Below the pieces are notes generated by a model. That model had not been told where the DNA came from. It was given only the letters and a program-made list of their open reading frames with translations, and did not search any database. The position numbers and the translations under genes are program-made. A stretch of 64,000 nucleotides of DNA from Methanobacteriota archaeon (GTDB lineage: Archaea > Thermoplasmatota > Thermoplasmata > Thermoplasmatales > Aciduliprofundaceae): the NCBI GenBank assembly GCA_013154005.1, contig JAADDK010000002.1:1729-65728 (forward strand). Reading direction: 5' to 3'. Below are positions 63,662 through 64,000 of the stretch, piece by piece. Position 1 is the stretch's first letter. Every line of letters begins with the position of its first letter.

Positions 63662-64000
63662 GTTCTGTAAGGTCTATAACTTCATCCACGAAGGTTGTGG
63701 CCTGGCTAAACTCTACCTCCTGAAGCTCTTTGTCCAGCATGAATATTATGCCTACCAGTCCATAGAGTCTAATTTCATTGGTTACTGTGCGCAGGAATCT
63801 TATAAATGCCTGATACGAGTTATATGCAAGAAGGGTACTGATTGATTCAATGTACACAAAATTGCGCTCACCTTCCAGCATTTTAAGTGCGTGTTTCATG
63901 GTGCCTTCCAGAAGCACAAGATTTGGTGTATCAAGATAAATGACGTTTTCGGTTGTCTCCACAGGTTTTATTGAGGAGGTAATGCAATCCACAAAAAATA
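63639..64000 (-). CDS. Partial CDS (N-terminus outside the window), RecA/KaiC-superfamily or DUF835-like C-terminal region
   Basis: The frame is open to the window edge. FVYIESISTLLAYNSYQAFIRFLRTVTNEIRLYGLVGIIFMLDKE resembles the 'IDS...L' strand-helix-strand of RecA-fold signalling ATPases or DUF835. Confidence 0.3.
   Translation of the reverse strand, partial: FFVDCITSSIKPVETTENVIYLDTPNLVLLEGTMKHALKMLEGERNFVYIESISTLLAYNSYQAFIRFLRTVTNEIRLYGLVGIIFMLDKELQEVEFSQATTFVDEVIDLTELTMEDLQ

Overview
By eye this is a densely coding archaeal (euryarchaeote-type) chromosomal segment of roughly 48-50% GC. I can support about 70 protein genes and 5 tRNA genes; there are no rRNA genes, cas genes, transposases or integrases.

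Recognisable housekeeping content:
- A CdrS-like RHH gene followed by ftsZ.
- ArcS-like archaeosine synthase.
- Membrane H+-pyrophosphatase, an MscS channel and an FGGY kinase.
- The uS13-uS4-uS11-RpoD cluster.
- An A1AO ATP synthase operon in the order H-I-K-E-C-F-A-B, with no D gene.
- The FtsY-prefoldin alpha-ribosomal protein LX cluster.
- GINS, RtcB, archaemetzincin and a macro-domain protein.
- An archaellin plus an ArlD/E-like gene.
- Taw1, and a MATE exporter with a PadR regulator.
- Archaeal DnaG, a Lon-related AAA+ protein and cytidine deaminase.
- Geranylgeranyl reductase, a NOG1-like GTPase, NMN adenylyltransferase and a P3A-type H+-ATPase.

Observations that ordinary annotation does not explain:
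1. The RHH-ftsZ pair continues directly into a 1617-aa gene. It encodes roughly 18-20 helical modules of about 60 aa, then a beta-sandwich domain and a C-terminal Cys4-His-Cys3 (PHD/RING-like) zinc finger. This is a candidate extended division or cytoskeletal module.
2. The ATP synthase proteolipid gene encodes four fused hairpins. The first lacks the ion-binding carboxylate, and the hairpins are preceded by a signal peptide and a beta-rich ectodomain of about 95 aa.
3. Three of the five tRNA genes (initiator Met, Gly-UCC, Ser-GCU) are each followed by short tandem arrays of decayed units ending in an exact copy of that tRNA's 3' terminus. A shared palindromic motif also lies downstream of tRNA-Gly and tRNA-Glu.
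4. A zinc-ribbon/coiled-coil gene overlaps an 840-aa pure coiled-coil gene, and the junction looks like a possible frameshift.

All calls rest on reading motifs in the supplied translations and sequence. No searches were run. Start codons are often uncertain, because the ORF track uses alternative starts and several genes look leaderless.
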